Below, piece by piece: positions 7,683 to 17,030 of a DNA stretch of 64,000 nucleotides; position 1 is the first letter of the stretch, and every line of letters begins with the position of its first letter. A program made the position numbers and the translations under genes. The DNA comes from Eubacteriales bacterium (GTDB lineage Bacteria; Bacillota; Clostridia; Oscillospirales; CAG-272), in assembly GCA_045656885.1 (NCBI GenBank), contig JAZORZ010000001.1:12366-76365 (forward strand), written 5' to 3'. The notes beneath the pieces are model-generated. The model saw only the letters and a list, made by a program, of their open reading frames with translations. It was not told where the DNA came from and did not search any database.

Positions 7683-10034
7683 TTATTTTTCACGTTTGAG
7701 ATGAAGCGTTCTTCGGTTGACGAGCGAGAGAGAAAGAATCGTCGACGCCACGATCGGGATCAAATAGCAAAGCCCGAAGAGTGTAGGAGTAAGGATAGAT
7801 TGCTTGGAGATCAGCATGATCGCAAGGGAACCCAAGCAGGCAGCGATCGCCACTGCCACTTGCATCCAAAAGCTGATGTGTCGTATCTTATTGATCCTTT
7901 TGGCAGCATAAAGGGGATTGACGATGTGTCCCTCACCGCCAAGAGCTACGGCACCCGTGTCCGAAATTTCAAGCACCGCATCGGATTCGTATTTGCCGGG
8001 CTTGATCACGCGAACGGGAACGGCATCTGCATAGCGGATCTGTCCCAAAAATTCCTCTGTGAGGTTAGGGTTGTAGGATTGGATAGCCACCGATGTGGTG
8101 GAATCAGCCAAACGCTCGGCAACCACTTCAAAGCGCGGGTCAAGGGTGTACTCAATATCATAGGTCAGCTTGAGAACACCGTCAACGGCAAAGTACAAAA
8201 GTCCTACGTTAGCGGCACGGCGCAAGGCGCGGTCAGCTGTCTCGCGGGGAATGCGAATGCCGCTCTTTTTCATAAAGTTGGAGTCGCCCGCAATCACGTG
8301 GTATTGCGTGTCGATAACCGCTTCCACACCCGTGTCGGCAATACGCACAAGTGCCACGCTCGGATCAGGGGTTTTGGTAGCGGTTGCCTTGCCGATCTCC
8401 TCTAAGCTTCCGCCAATTTTACGGAAGAGAATGCCTGCCAGCTTCAAATCGCGGCGCAGATCGTCATTCTTTTCACGCACAGAGAGTTCGGAGCAGCTAA
8501 CGGCACGGCAAAGGCGATAATCGTTAAAAATAACGGTTTTGGATTCGTTGTATTCTTCTACGGCTTCTTCACCGATCAAGGCGCAATTTTGATGCGTGAG
8601 CAGGTTGTTTGCATGAGAGAGGGGGAAGAAGAAGCCAAGGCACGCCGCACCGGGTAGACCCAACACGGCAGTGGCAACAAAGGTGTTCAGGGCATCGGCA
8701 AGTCCGTTTGTCAGTGCTACGACAAAGCCCGCCAAAAAGCCGAGAACAATAGGGAGCGTCAATAGCATGCGGAAGGGTCTGTAGGCGGCTTCCATCTCGT
8801 TAAAGCGACGGAAGAAGCCAACTGTAATTGCTGCATCGTGCACATGATAAAAGCCATCGCCAAGATCGTCATTGATAATTTTGATCAGCTTTTTGCCTTG
8901 CTTGAGCTTCTTTTTGCGGGGTTCGGTGGGCTCCAATACTGTTTTTGGGGTGTTTGCGGTCAAAATGCGGAAAACGCGCATCTCGCTTGTTAAACGGAAA
9001 ACATCACACACCGCGAGCAAAAGGAGTGCACCAATCGCAACACAGTTGAGGCGCAGCATGGGGATCTGCGCGATCATTGCAACCAGGTCATAGAGCAAGA
9101 CAAAGGGTACAATGACCGAAACGGTAGAATAAGGTGTGGGAATGAGCTTGAAATAGCTGCGAATGCCCGCATTGAATTGTCGATAAGAAAGTCCCGTGGC
9201 TGCTACCATAAGAAGGGTAGAAAGAATGGGATAAAGCAGAGGAGCCGTTGCATCAAATTCTGCAAAAGCGCCGCCAATGAGCACGGGATAGTCCAAAAGC
9301 ACTACCAAAAGCAGAGCGATGGCAGTCAATACGGTACGAACGATCAAAAAACGGCGGTCGTACATATATTTTGCCATAACACGCGATTTGTTTTGTGGAG
9401 TGATCGAGTCCTCTCCGCAATATCCAAACGCCGTGCGGTAACGCTTGTTGCCCTCACGCGACATGCGGTGCAAGTGATCATATTTTAGCTTTTTGAGGTT
9501 GTCATAGCCGACCAAACGGCCAAGCTCGCTCTCATAACCAAGTTCAAAGATCATTTCAATGTCATCATCCGAAAATCCGCTACGGCGACGAATGATCTCC
9601 ATTGCGCTCATCTTCTTTTCTGCCAATGCCTCGCGGCGCATTTGCATACGCTGCAAAAGATTGGTGGGCTTCTTTTTGGGTTGAGGGACCTCAGGGGCAT
9701 CTACCGGAATTTCCTCGGTTGGGATAGGTTCCGATTCGATAAATTCGTCAAACGCATCGTCGAGTGCTTCGTCCAAAGCATCGTCGTAGGAGCGTTGTGC
9801 CTGTCCAACGGTCTGTAAAGGGCGCACGTGCTTGCGAGTAGTGGATTTTTTGTGTACGGAAGGTTTGGCAGATGCATTTTCCGCGGCTTTATTTGCAGAG
9901 GGAAGCGATGTATTTGCCGTCTTCACTTTCGATGTATTCGATTTTGTTTGCGACGTCGGGGGAGTCGTCTTGTTTTGTTCGGGTGTCGCCGTTCTGTTTG
10001 CTTTCGACAGCTCCGAATTTTGATCTTGTTTCAT
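7683..10034 (-). CDS. P-type ATPase-like membrane protein with all catalytic motifs degenerated (putative pseudoenzyme)
   Basis: 783 aa. It aligns colinearly with the P1B-ATPase core, but TVIFNDYRL replaces tvvFDKTGTLT (8511-8537), SYNP replaces TGDN, and GGEGHIVN replaces GDGINDAP. PGAACLGFFFP sits where the CPC helix is expected. The first ~225 aa form a low-complexity N-terminus. Confidence 0.6.
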   Translation of the reverse strand: MKQDQNSELSKANRTATPEQNKTTPPTSQTKSNTSKVKTANTSLPSANKAAENASAKPSVHKKSTTRKHVRPLQTVGQAQRSYDDALDEALDDAFDEFIESEPIPTEEIPVDAPEVPQPKKKPTNLLQRMQMRREALAEKKMSAMEIIRRRSGFSDDDIEMIFELGYESELGRLVGYDNLKKLKYDHLHRMSREGNKRYRTAFGYCGEDSITPQNKSRVMAKYMYDRRFLIVRTVLTAIALLLVVLLDYPVLIGGAFAEFDATAPLLYPILSTLLMVAATGLSYRQFNAGIRSYFKLIPTPYSTVSVIVPFVLLYDLVAMIAQIPMLRLNCVAIGALLLLAVCDVFRLTSEMRVFRILTANTPKTVLEPTEPRKKKLKQGKKLIKIINDDLGDGFYHVHDAAITVGFFRRFNEMEAAYRPFRMLLTLPIVLGFLAGFVVALTNGLADALNTFVATAVLGLPGAACLGFFFPLSHANNLLTHQNCALIGEEAVEEYNESKTVIFNDYRLCRAVSCSELSVREKNDDLRRDLKLAGILFRKIGGSLEEIGKATATKTPDPSVALVRIADTGVEAVIDTQYHVIAGDSNFMKKSGIRIPRETADRALRRAANVGLLYFAVDGVLKLTYDIEYTLDPRFEVVAERLADSTTSVAIQSYNPNLTEEFLGQIRYADAVPVRVIKPGKYESDAVLEISDTGAVALGGEGHIVNPLYAAKRINKIRHISFWMQVAVAIAACLGSLAIMLISKQSILTPTLFGLCYLIPIVASTILSLSLVNRRTLHLKREK

Positions 10035-10071
10035 AATGGCTCCTTTCCGATAAAATTAGAAAAACGGGATG

Positions 10072-10953
10072 TCAGGAATGATGCTGACGTGCGGCCTCTG
10101 CCAAAAGAATTGCCGCCGCGGTGGAAACGTTAAAGGAATTGACCTGGCCGTACATAGGAATGGAAACGATTGCATCACAGGTCTTTTGCACGATCTGCGA
10201 AACGCCGTTGCCCTCACTGCCAAGCACAATGGCGCAACCGCCCTTGAGGTTGGTATTGTAAATACTCTCGCCACCTGCTTCTGCGGCAAAGGTCCAAATG
10301 CCTTTTTCCTTGAGTGCTTCCACGGTAGATGCAATATTGGCAACCTTTGCAACAGCGAGATGCTCAATAGCACCTGCCGATGCCTTGGTTACAAGGGGAG
10401 TCAGTCCTACGGCGCGGCGTTTGGGAATGATGAGCCCGTGTGCACCGCAGCACTCGGCGCAACGAATGATCGCGCCAAGGTTGTAAGGGTCGGTAACACC
10501 GTCGCAAATGACGATGAGGGGATCCTCACCGCGCTCCTTTGCAATGTCCAAAATATCCTCAACCGTGCAATATTCTTTTTCTGCAGCATAGGCGATAACG
10601 CCTTGGTGGGGAGCATAGCCCGAAATAGCATCAAGCTTGGGCTTTTCGGTTTCAATCACGGGAATGCCGCGCTCGATGGCCTGTGCTACGAGCACAACGA
10701 TAGAGCCGGTGCGCTCGCCCTTTTGAACGAGCAGCTTATCAATGTCGCGTCCCGATTTGAGCAGTTCACCAACGGCATTACGACCAATTACGGCGCCGTT
10801 TTCGTACTCACCGTGAATGCCCGTATCTTCTGCCTTGGGAGCGGGCTTGTTTTCCTTTTTATAATCGGAGCGCGGAGCGCGATCACGTTTGTCATATCCT
10901 CTGCCGCTTTTGGGGGATTCGCGGCGAGGCGTACCGTTCTTTTTCTTTTCCAT
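10072..10953 (-). CDS. rlmB: 23S rRNA (guanosine-2'-O)-methyltransferase RlmB/TrmH family
   Basis: The SpoU-type C-terminus (IVLGSEGNGVS..., IPMYGQVNSFNVSTAAAILLAE) and the substrate-binding N-domain (GRNAVGELLKSGRDIDKLLV) are both present. Start moved to MEKKKNG (10953). Basic N-terminal extension. Confidence 0.8.
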   Translation of the reverse strand: MEKKKNGTPRRESPKSGRGYDKRDRAPRSDYKKENKPAPKAEDTGIHGEYENGAVIGRNAVGELLKSGRDIDKLLVQKGERTGSIVVLVAQAIERGIPVIETEKPKLDAISGYAPHQGVIAYAAEKEYCTVEDILDIAKERGEDPLIVICDGVTDPYNLGAIIRCAECCGAHGLIIPKRRAVGLTPLVTKASAGAIEHLAVAKVANIASTVEALKEKGIWTFAAEAGGESIYNTNLKGGCAIVLGSEGNGVSQIVQKTCDAIVSIPMYGQVNSFNVSTAAAILLAEAARQHHS

Positions 10954-11097
10954 AGATGTAGGACTTGTCCTTTCTGCAAATATAGATACTTTCTTACCTA
11001 TAATTATAACACAATAAATGATTTTTGTATAGAGGATTTTGAAAAAATGTCGTCTTTTCGGGAATTTTTCGCTCGACAAAAGATGACAGAAAGCCAA

Positions 11098-11124
11098 AAT
11101 GGGAGCGACAATATCGCTCCCATT
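11098..11124 (-). terminator. Hairpin terminator after the 11127-11927 gene
   Basis: aatgggagcga caat tcgctcccatt, with attttggcttt on the minus strand. Confidence 0.5.
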
Positions 11125-11126
11125 TC

Positions 11127-11927
11127 TTATTCCATTTCGGCAAGTAGCCGTTTTGCCTCTTTTACAATATACAAACAGGGGTTTGAGCTTGCCACTTTTT
11201 CAAGATATTTCTTTGCCGAAAGGGTGTCATTTTGTGCCAAGTAAATTTCGGAGAATAACCAAGCGGTTTCTATTTCGCCGTATTTGCTTGGTGGAGACAA
11301 GCGGTTTGCATAGGATAGCGCACCAATGGGATCGCCGGCTCGCAGGCAGGCAGAGGTTTGCGAGGAGAGTAGGGTAAACTCCAACTCCTTTTTCTGCTTT
11401 CCATCTTTGAGTGCATTATACATCGTTAACGCTTTATTGTGCATAAGGTCTGCGGCATCATTCTTTTTGAGTATATGCGCAAAATATCCCAAATTGTTAT
11501 AGTATACGATTTTTACAACCGGTAATGTGCCGGCGTATTTATCTATGTTGATTTCGGATAGTTGTCGATATGCAAATTCGTGCTCACCCAATGCGCTGAG
11601 TGCTGTTGCATAATCGATGATGTAAATTTGACGGTCAACGCCTTTTTTGACGTACTTCAATCCATCTAAGGTTTCTTCTAAAAGCGGGTTTGGATCACAG
11701 TTATCATTCAGTTCTTTTGTAGCACATAAAATTAACAGATTTGCGCATGTTCTGCAAAAAAGATTGCATAAAAAGAAAAATAATAAAGCCACTATAACAT
11801 ATGCCCCCGGACCTGCCGAAACGGTTGCAAGTGCAAATGCACAAATTGAAAAGGACAGCATGGTAAATAGAATGGTGCATAGCAAGCGGTGATGTGAAAC
11901 AAATCTGTAAAATCTAAAAAATTTCAT
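11127..11927 (-). CDS. Hypothetical membrane protein with a helical-repeat (TPR-like) C-terminal region
   Basis: Two N-terminal TM helices followed by an alpha-helical region. Start set at MKFFRFYRF (11927; RBS aaagaaagg) to avoid a 22-nt overlap. 11966 is the alternative start. Confidence 0.45.
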   Translation of the reverse strand: MKFFRFYRFVSHHRLLCTILFTMLSFSICAFALATVSAGPGAYVIVALLFFFLCNLFCRTCANLLILCATKELNDNCDPNPLLEETLDGLKYVKKGVDRQIYIIDYATALSALGEHEFAYRQLSEINIDKYAGTLPVVKIVYYNNLGYFAHILKKNDAADLMHNKALTMYNALKDGKQKKELEFTLLSSQTSACLRAGDPIGALSYANRLSPPSKYGEIETAWLFSEIYLAQNDTLSAKKYLEKVASSNPCLYIVKEAKRLLAEME

Positions 11928-11944
11928 AAAGATAGGCCTTTCTT

Positions 11945-13531
11945 TTATGATTTTTTGAATACCCAATCCCCGGGGTCAGCACTAAAATCCTGTTCTTCGG
12001 GGAGATAGTGTTGTTCCTCTTTCCAATAAATTTTGCGGTCGTTGACATCCTTGTAGAACGCGCGCGCTTTTTGGGGGTCGGGGCGCACCATCAGAGAGAC
12101 GTAGGTCCACTGTAAGCGGGAACGCTTGACGTTCTCCAGCTTGTCCCCGGCATCTCTCTCGGCGGCATTCCACCAAGATTCGATCGCATCGTAAACCACC
12201 TCGTAGGTCTCGCGCGGAACAGTTTGGAAGGGGCGCTCGTAAATGTTGATGTGCCGCGCCTTTGCCGCACCGTTGAACCAATCGAGGAATGCGCGAATAT
12301 TACGCCAGCCCTTGCCGTAATACGCCTCAAGGAAGCCGTTGATCAGCGATTGATAAACCGATTCCGCCATCATCGGATCCCACGCAAGCTTTGCCAAAAG
12401 ATAGGCACGAAGCTCACCGAATTCACCCGAGAAGGATTGATAATTGCCCTCGGGATACATACCCTTAACGCCGTGCTTGGCATAAAAGCGCATATTGTCG
12501 CGCAAAACGCCAAAGTTGGGGTAGGGGGCGAGGTAGTTTGCAAAGTTTGTAACGTAATCCCAAATGTAAATGCGGTCGCAAATGCTGTTCCAGTCCTCCA
12601 AATCCTTGACAAACTTGCGGTTGCGGGAGCAAGCATCTGCAGAGAGCGGATGCGTAAAGCATGCCTCAAAGGGGCAAAGACGAATAATGACATTGGGGAG
12701 CGGCTTTGTGATTTTGGGAATGTTGCGCGTGTGTCGATATGCCAAGGTCTCAATGGCGACCTCGGGGTAGTCGTCCTTGATGTCCGCGGCAACGGCATTG
12801 ACAACGCGCAAAAGTGTGCCCATGTGGCTACCTTCCTCGGCATCAATGGCGGCGCAACGCTCGCATTTGCAGTATCGCTCGTTGTCATTTTGCGAGATAG
12901 AAACCAGCTTGACCATCGGGTCTTTTTGGAGTACATTGCGCGTATATTCAATGGCTTTTTTGGTTACTTCGGGGTCAGAAAGGCAGGGCTGCAGATGCTG
13001 CGGACATCCCGTAACCTCCTCCATGGTGTGCACAAAACGGCCTGCCCACTTCATATATCCGCCGTGACGGGGATCCTCGCTCTTGTGCGTATTGACGCGG
13101 TTGGCAATGCGCCATTCAAGGTCATCCTCGCCAAGATAAAAGCTATCCTGACGGTACTCAAAAATGGGGGAGAAGGACTCTTCGATTTCGCCAATTTCGG
13201 CACCCTCACCGTGTGTGGTTACACCGGGAGCGTAATAATGAACGTCAAGATATTTCTCTAAAAATCCGTAAACACCATAGAGAATTCCGCGCGTGCCGTG
13301 ACCGATAATGCTCAAGTTGCCGGGGATATTGAAAATCGAGTATCCCTCTGCATCGTTGACGTTTTCTTCAATGTGCAAATCAATCACACCTTTGCCGCCA
13401 ATCATTTTCTCGCCCGTGATTTTCTCGATCCAACGGCGCATAATGTCGCCCGCATTCTCCTCGGCCGGCGACGCGCCATGCTTGATATCATATTCCAAAG
13501 CGGATAGACCGCAAAGCAAAATATTACCCAT
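11945..13531 (-). CDS. DUF4838-like protein (glycoside-hydrolase-associated family)
   Basis: GTRGILYGVYGFLEKYLDVHYYAPG, the Cys cluster YCKCERCAAIDAEEGSHMG and the overall layout resemble DUF4838. Start at MGNILL (13531) with RBS aggagg. Confidence 0.55.
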   Translation of the reverse strand: MGNILLCGLSALEYDIKHGASPAEENAGDIMRRWIEKITGEKMIGGKGVIDLHIEENVNDAEGYSIFNIPGNLSIIGHGTRGILYGVYGFLEKYLDVHYYAPGVTTHGEGAEIGEIEESFSPIFEYRQDSFYLGEDDLEWRIANRVNTHKSEDPRHGGYMKWAGRFVHTMEEVTGCPQHLQPCLSDPEVTKKAIEYTRNVLQKDPMVKLVSISQNDNERYCKCERCAAIDAEEGSHMGTLLRVVNAVAADIKDDYPEVAIETLAYRHTRNIPKITKPLPNVIIRLCPFEACFTHPLSADACSRNRKFVKDLEDWNSICDRIYIWDYVTNFANYLAPYPNFGVLRDNMRFYAKHGVKGMYPEGNYQSFSGEFGELRAYLLAKLAWDPMMAESVYQSLINGFLEAYYGKGWRNIRAFLDWFNGAAKARHINIYERPFQTVPRETYEVVYDAIESWWNAAERDAGDKLENVKRSRLQWTYVSLMVRPDPQKARAFYKDVNDRKIYWKEEQHYLPEEQDFSADPGDWVFKKS

Positions 13532-13613
13532 ACTGTTCCTCCTAAAAATGCAAAATAGATAGTCACATATCACCATTATTATAGCACAATCCAACGGACA
13601 TGTCAACGAAAAC

Positions 13614-13651
13614 AAAGAGAAAAGGAAGGCAAAAACCTTCCTTTTCTCTTT
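13614..13651 (-). terminator. Perfect 16-bp palindrome terminator after spo0A
   Basis: aaagagaaaaggaagg caaaaa ccttccttttctcttt. Confidence 0.7.
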
Positions 13652-13652
13652 A

Positions 13653-14435
13653 TCAATTCAATTTGTATTTCAATCTCAAATTATCGGCGATCATAGCAAT
13701 AAACTCGGAATTTGTGGGTTTGCCGCGGTTGTTTTGAATGGTATAACCAAAATAGGAGTTGAGCGTATCCACGTCGCCTCTGTCCCAAGCGACCTCAATG
13801 GCATGGCGAATGGCGCGCTCAACGCGGCTGGTTGTGGTTGCGTATTTCTTTGCAACGCTGGGGTAGAGAACCTTGGTAACAGAATTGATAATATCCGAAT
13901 CCTTAATGGTCAAAAGAATGGCAGTTCTCAAATACTGATATCCCTTAATATGAGCAGGAACACCGATTTGATGAATGATCTGCGTCACTTGCGATTCGAT
14001 ATCGGGACCTTTCTCTACCTCTTGCAGAGCGATTGCGGGGATATCCTGCACGCGGCGTGCCGCAATGCTTTGAATGTGCTCGGCAAGACTGACAAGATTA
14101 ACGGGCTTGAGTAGGCAAAGCTCCGCGCCTGCCTCAGATGCTTGAATAAAGACATTTTGATTGGAAACAGAAGATACTACAATAAAGGAAGGGATCTTGT
14201 CGCTGCCCCAATCCATTGAGCGTGCATTGCGAAGAACACCAATGCCGTCGAGCTTGGAGAGCCAAACGTCAAGAAGAACCACCTCAGGGTGTGTCTGTGA
14301 CATTTTGAGCACGGCTTCCTCACCGTTTACGGCTTCCTCTATGTTGCGGTATCCCGCGCGCATCAAGCCCTCGCGCACCTGTGCACGCCAAACAGGACTT
14401 TCATCTGCGATCAAAAGCTTCGTTTTGTATTCCAT
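13653..14435 (-). CDS. spo0A: Sporulation master regulator Spo0A
   Basis: Receiver domain (LLIADE...[12 protein letters not shown]) plus the Spo0A-specific C-terminus [36 protein letters not shown] and [13 protein letters not shown]. Confidence 0.95.
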   Translation of the reverse strand: MEYKTKLLIADESPVWRAQVREGLMRAGYRNIEEAVNGEEAVLKMSQTHPEVVLLDVWLSKLDGIGVLRNARSMDWGSDKIPSFIVVSSVSNQNVFIQASEAGAELCLLKPVNLVSLAEHIQSIAARRVQDIPAIALQEVEKGPDIESQVTQIIHQIGVPAHIKGYQYLRTAILLTIKDSDIINSVTKVLYPSVAKKYATTTSRVERAIRHAIEVAWDRGDVDTLNSYFGYTIQNNRGKPTNSEFIAMIADNLRLKYKLN

Positions 14436-14477
14436 AATTCAATTTTCCTCCAACTTTCATTTTGTTGTGACAGTAAT

Positions 14478-14506
14478 ATTTTACCATAAATGTAATAAAT
14501 TTACAA
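14478..14506 (-). promoter_or_regulatory. Candidate sigma-A type promoter for spo0A
   Basis: Minus strand reads TTGTAA, 17 nt spacer, TAAAAT, with TGg extended -10. A sigma-H promoter was not identified. Confidence 0.35.
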
Positions 14507-14511
14507 TATAA

Positions 14512-14549
14512 AACAAGAAAAAATATCCCCCAAAAATTTTGGGGAATAT
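14512..14549 (-). terminator. Terminator after the 14587-14976 gene
   Basis: The minus strand reads attccccaaaatttttgggggatat followed by tttttt. Confidence 0.5.
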
Positions 14550-14586
14550 TTGGTAATTTTTACCAAGTCGGTAGTCGATTTATGCA

Positions 14587-14976
14587 TTAATGAGAGTGTT
14601 TGCAGGGCTCTTTGAAGAAATCTGTCAGATCCATCTCAAATCTGCCGTCGGCATTGCGCGAAAAACCGATGGCTTTTACGAGTACCTCGTTGTCGCATTT
14701 TGCATCAAAATAGGCGCGATGCACGCCGCAAAGGTCAATAAAGTTGAGCGCGGCACGACCCATAACGAACATCGGCTCAAACTCATACTTTTCGGGAACG
14801 TGTGCAAAATCAATGATAGAGCCGCCGCCGGCATTCATGGTGAATTGACACATGCCGCGCAGCTCTCCGTCTACCAACGCCTTGTAGGCAAGGAGCTCGG
14901 TACGAAAGGGAACACCGCAAAGATTTGCGATTGCTTCTTGTTCACTTTTATCTTGAATCGGTAATACTTCCAGCAT
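14587..14976 (-). CDS. Hypothetical small protein
   Basis: 129 aa. RBS gaaagga overlaps the end of the upstream pseudouridine synthase gene. No confident family. Confidence 0.5.
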   Translation of the reverse strand: MLEVLPIQDKSEQEAIANLCGVPFRTELLAYKALVDGELRGMCQFTMNAGGGSIIDFAHVPEKYEFEPMFVMGRAALNFIDLCGVHRAYFDAKCDNEVLVKAIGFSRNADGRFEMDLTDFFKEPCKHSH

Positions 14977-14981
14977 AATGA

Positions 14982-15695
14982 TTATCCTTTCTTTTTGCCC
15001 GTAGTCAAATACTGTACTTCATCGGCGGTCAACTCGCGCCATTTGCCAAGTGGGAGGTCACCGAGACCAAGGTCACCGATCGCAATGCGCTGCAGGCGAA
15101 TGACCTTAAGCCCCGCCGCCTCGCACATACGGCGGATCTGGCGGTTGCGCCCCTCAAAAAGATTCATTTGAACGGTATCGGGAGCGAGTTTTTTCACGGT
15201 GACGGGTTGCAAACGGTAGCCGTCAAGCTCCATCGATGCGCGCAGAGCCGCAATCTCTTCCTTTGAGAGCACCTTGGAAAGCGTTACGTGATAGATTTTT
15301 GGAATTTCGTGGCGCGGATGCGTGAGCTGATTGGCAAACTCGCCGTCATCGGTCAGGAGCAAAAGCCCTTCCGAGTCCATATCCAGCCGTCCCACGGGAT
15401 AAACGCGCGCACCCACACCCGACGTCAAATCAGCCACGGTGGGGCGACCTTTTTCATCCTGCATGGTGGTCACAAAGCCGCGCGGCTTGTTGAGCATGAT
15501 GTAGCGCCGTTTTGCATTTTCGCGGCGGGGGAGAATGCGACGGCCCTTGTATTCGACAATATCGACCTCGGGATCGATCGAGTCACCGATCTGAGCCACA
15601 GCGCCATTGACCTTGACCTTGCCTGCGGCAATTTCCGCCTCGGCGGCTCTGCGAGAGAGTACACCCGCGTCCGAAAAGAATTTTTGCAACCGCAT
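14982..15695 (-). CDS. rluB: Pseudouridine synthase, RsuA/RluB family with S4 domain
   Basis: MRLQKFFSDAGVLSRR (S4 domain), the YPVGRLDMDSEGLLLLTDDG catalytic motif, and NRQIRRM. Confidence 0.85.
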   Translation of the reverse strand: MRLQKFFSDAGVLSRRAAEAEIAAGKVKVNGAVAQIGDSIDPEVDIVEYKGRRILPRRENAKRRYIMLNKPRGFVTTMQDEKGRPTVADLTSGVGARVYPVGRLDMDSEGLLLLTDDGEFANQLTHPRHEIPKIYHVTLSKVLSKEEIAALRASMELDGYRLQPVTVKKLAPDTVQMNLFEGRNRQIRRMCEAAGLKVIRLQRIAIGDLGLGDLPLGKWRELTADEVQYLTTGKKKG

Positions 15696-15768
15696 TCTGT
15701 CGCCTCCTTTGCTTTTTTATCTGAAATAAATTGTTTTCTTCCTTAATAATATGTGCTCTTTTCTTAAA

Positions 15769-16947
15769 TCAGGAGAACAGCCCCTTGAGCCATTGCCAAA
15801 GGCGTTGCCAAAAATTTTGGCGAGGGGCGTTCTTTTCAACCGTGTACTGTGCCACAAGAGGAATATCTTTGATGATCTCCTTGACACCGTCACCGTTTGT
15901 GTCGCATAAAAAGAGCATTCGTCCGCAAATATCGCCCTCGTTTACAGTGGCGTAAAGATGACGCGGACATTGAATTGTTTGCTCGATCACGGGAGAGCCA
16001 ATGGGCAATGTGACCGAAGCAGGTTGTGATACACCTACTGTTACGTAGGTTTCTTTACCTCCCACAACGGGCAGGCAAAGGCGAAAATCGACAGGGCAGA
16101 GCTCCACCCTTTGGTAATGTGCAAAGCCGTAATCCAATAGCTTAGTGTGATCCTTCCAATCGTCGGGTGAATCGATGGTTACGGCAATCACTGTCACTCC
16201 GTCACGCTCGGCAGCCGAGACCAAGCAACGACCGCTTTTTTGTGTGAATCCTGTTTTCACACCGATGCAACCCTCGTATTGACGCAACATCTTGTTGTGA
16301 TTGACAAGCAGTCGCACAGCATCGGTATCCTGATGGGGAATGGTCATTTTTCGTGTAGAAACAATGGTTTTGAATAGGGGATTTTGGAGAGCCGCTTGCG
16401 CAATGCGTGCAAGCTCATAAGCCGTGGTATAATGTGCCTCGGCGTCCAATCCGTGCGGATTGGCAAAGTGCGTGTCAGAGAGACCGAGAGAGGTCGCTTT
16501 TGCATTCATTGCATCTACAAATGCTTCCTCGCTGCCCGAAACCCCGATGGCAATGGCAACGGCGGCATCGTTGGCAGATTCCAGCATCAAAGCATACAAA
16601 AGCTGCTCCAGGGTGAGCTTTTCACCCTCGCAAAGATAAACAGATGAGCCCTCGGTGCCCACCGCTCGCCCGTCTACACAGATCACCGTATCGGGAGCGG
16701 CAAGTTCAAGAGCCACAAGAGCTGTCATAATTTTTGTTGTGCTTGCCATTGGCAAGCGTGTATGTGCGTTTTTTTCAAAAACGGTAGCACCGCTTTCCGC
16801 TTCCATCAAAAGAGCACTCCGGGCCGATAGGGAAAGGAAAGTGGGTGCATTTTCTTCCGCGGTAGCGGAAATGGAAAACATACAAAAGAGGGACAAAAGT
16901 GCCAAAAACAGGCACAAGATTTTCAAAATTTTCACTATAAATAACAC
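15769..16947 (-). CDS. dacB: D-alanyl-D-alanine carboxypeptidase (serine-type, DacB/DacF-like)
   Basis: Signal peptide, the SxxK motif MASTTKIMTA, the SAND (SxN) motif, and KTGFT. Confidence 0.8.
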   Translation of the reverse strand: MLFIVKILKILCLFLALLSLFCMFSISATAEENAPTFLSLSARSALLMEAESGATVFEKNAHTRLPMASTTKIMTALVALELAAPDTVICVDGRAVGTEGSSVYLCEGEKLTLEQLLYALMLESANDAAVAIAIGVSGSEEAFVDAMNAKATSLGLSDTHFANPHGLDAEAHYTTAYELARIAQAALQNPLFKTIVSTRKMTIPHQDTDAVRLLVNHNKMLRQYEGCIGVKTGFTQKSGRCLVSAAERDGVTVIAVTIDSPDDWKDHTKLLDYGFAHYQRVELCPVDFRLCLPVVGGKETYVTVGVSQPASVTLPIGSPVIEQTIQCPRHLYATVNEGDICGRMLFLCDTNGDGVKEIIKDIPLVAQYTVEKNAPRQNFWQRLWQWLKGLFS

Positions 16948-16949
16948 CC

Positions 16950-16986
16950 CCGGAAAAAATACATTTGGTAATGTATATTTTTCCGG
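16950..16986 (-). terminator. Hairpin terminator after the GerW-repeat gene
   Basis: ccggaaaaaatacat ... atgtatatttttccgg. Confidence 0.5.
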
Positions 16987-17030
16987 AGTGTGTTTTATGT
17001 GTTTTTAGCGGATAATTTACCGATTAGGAA

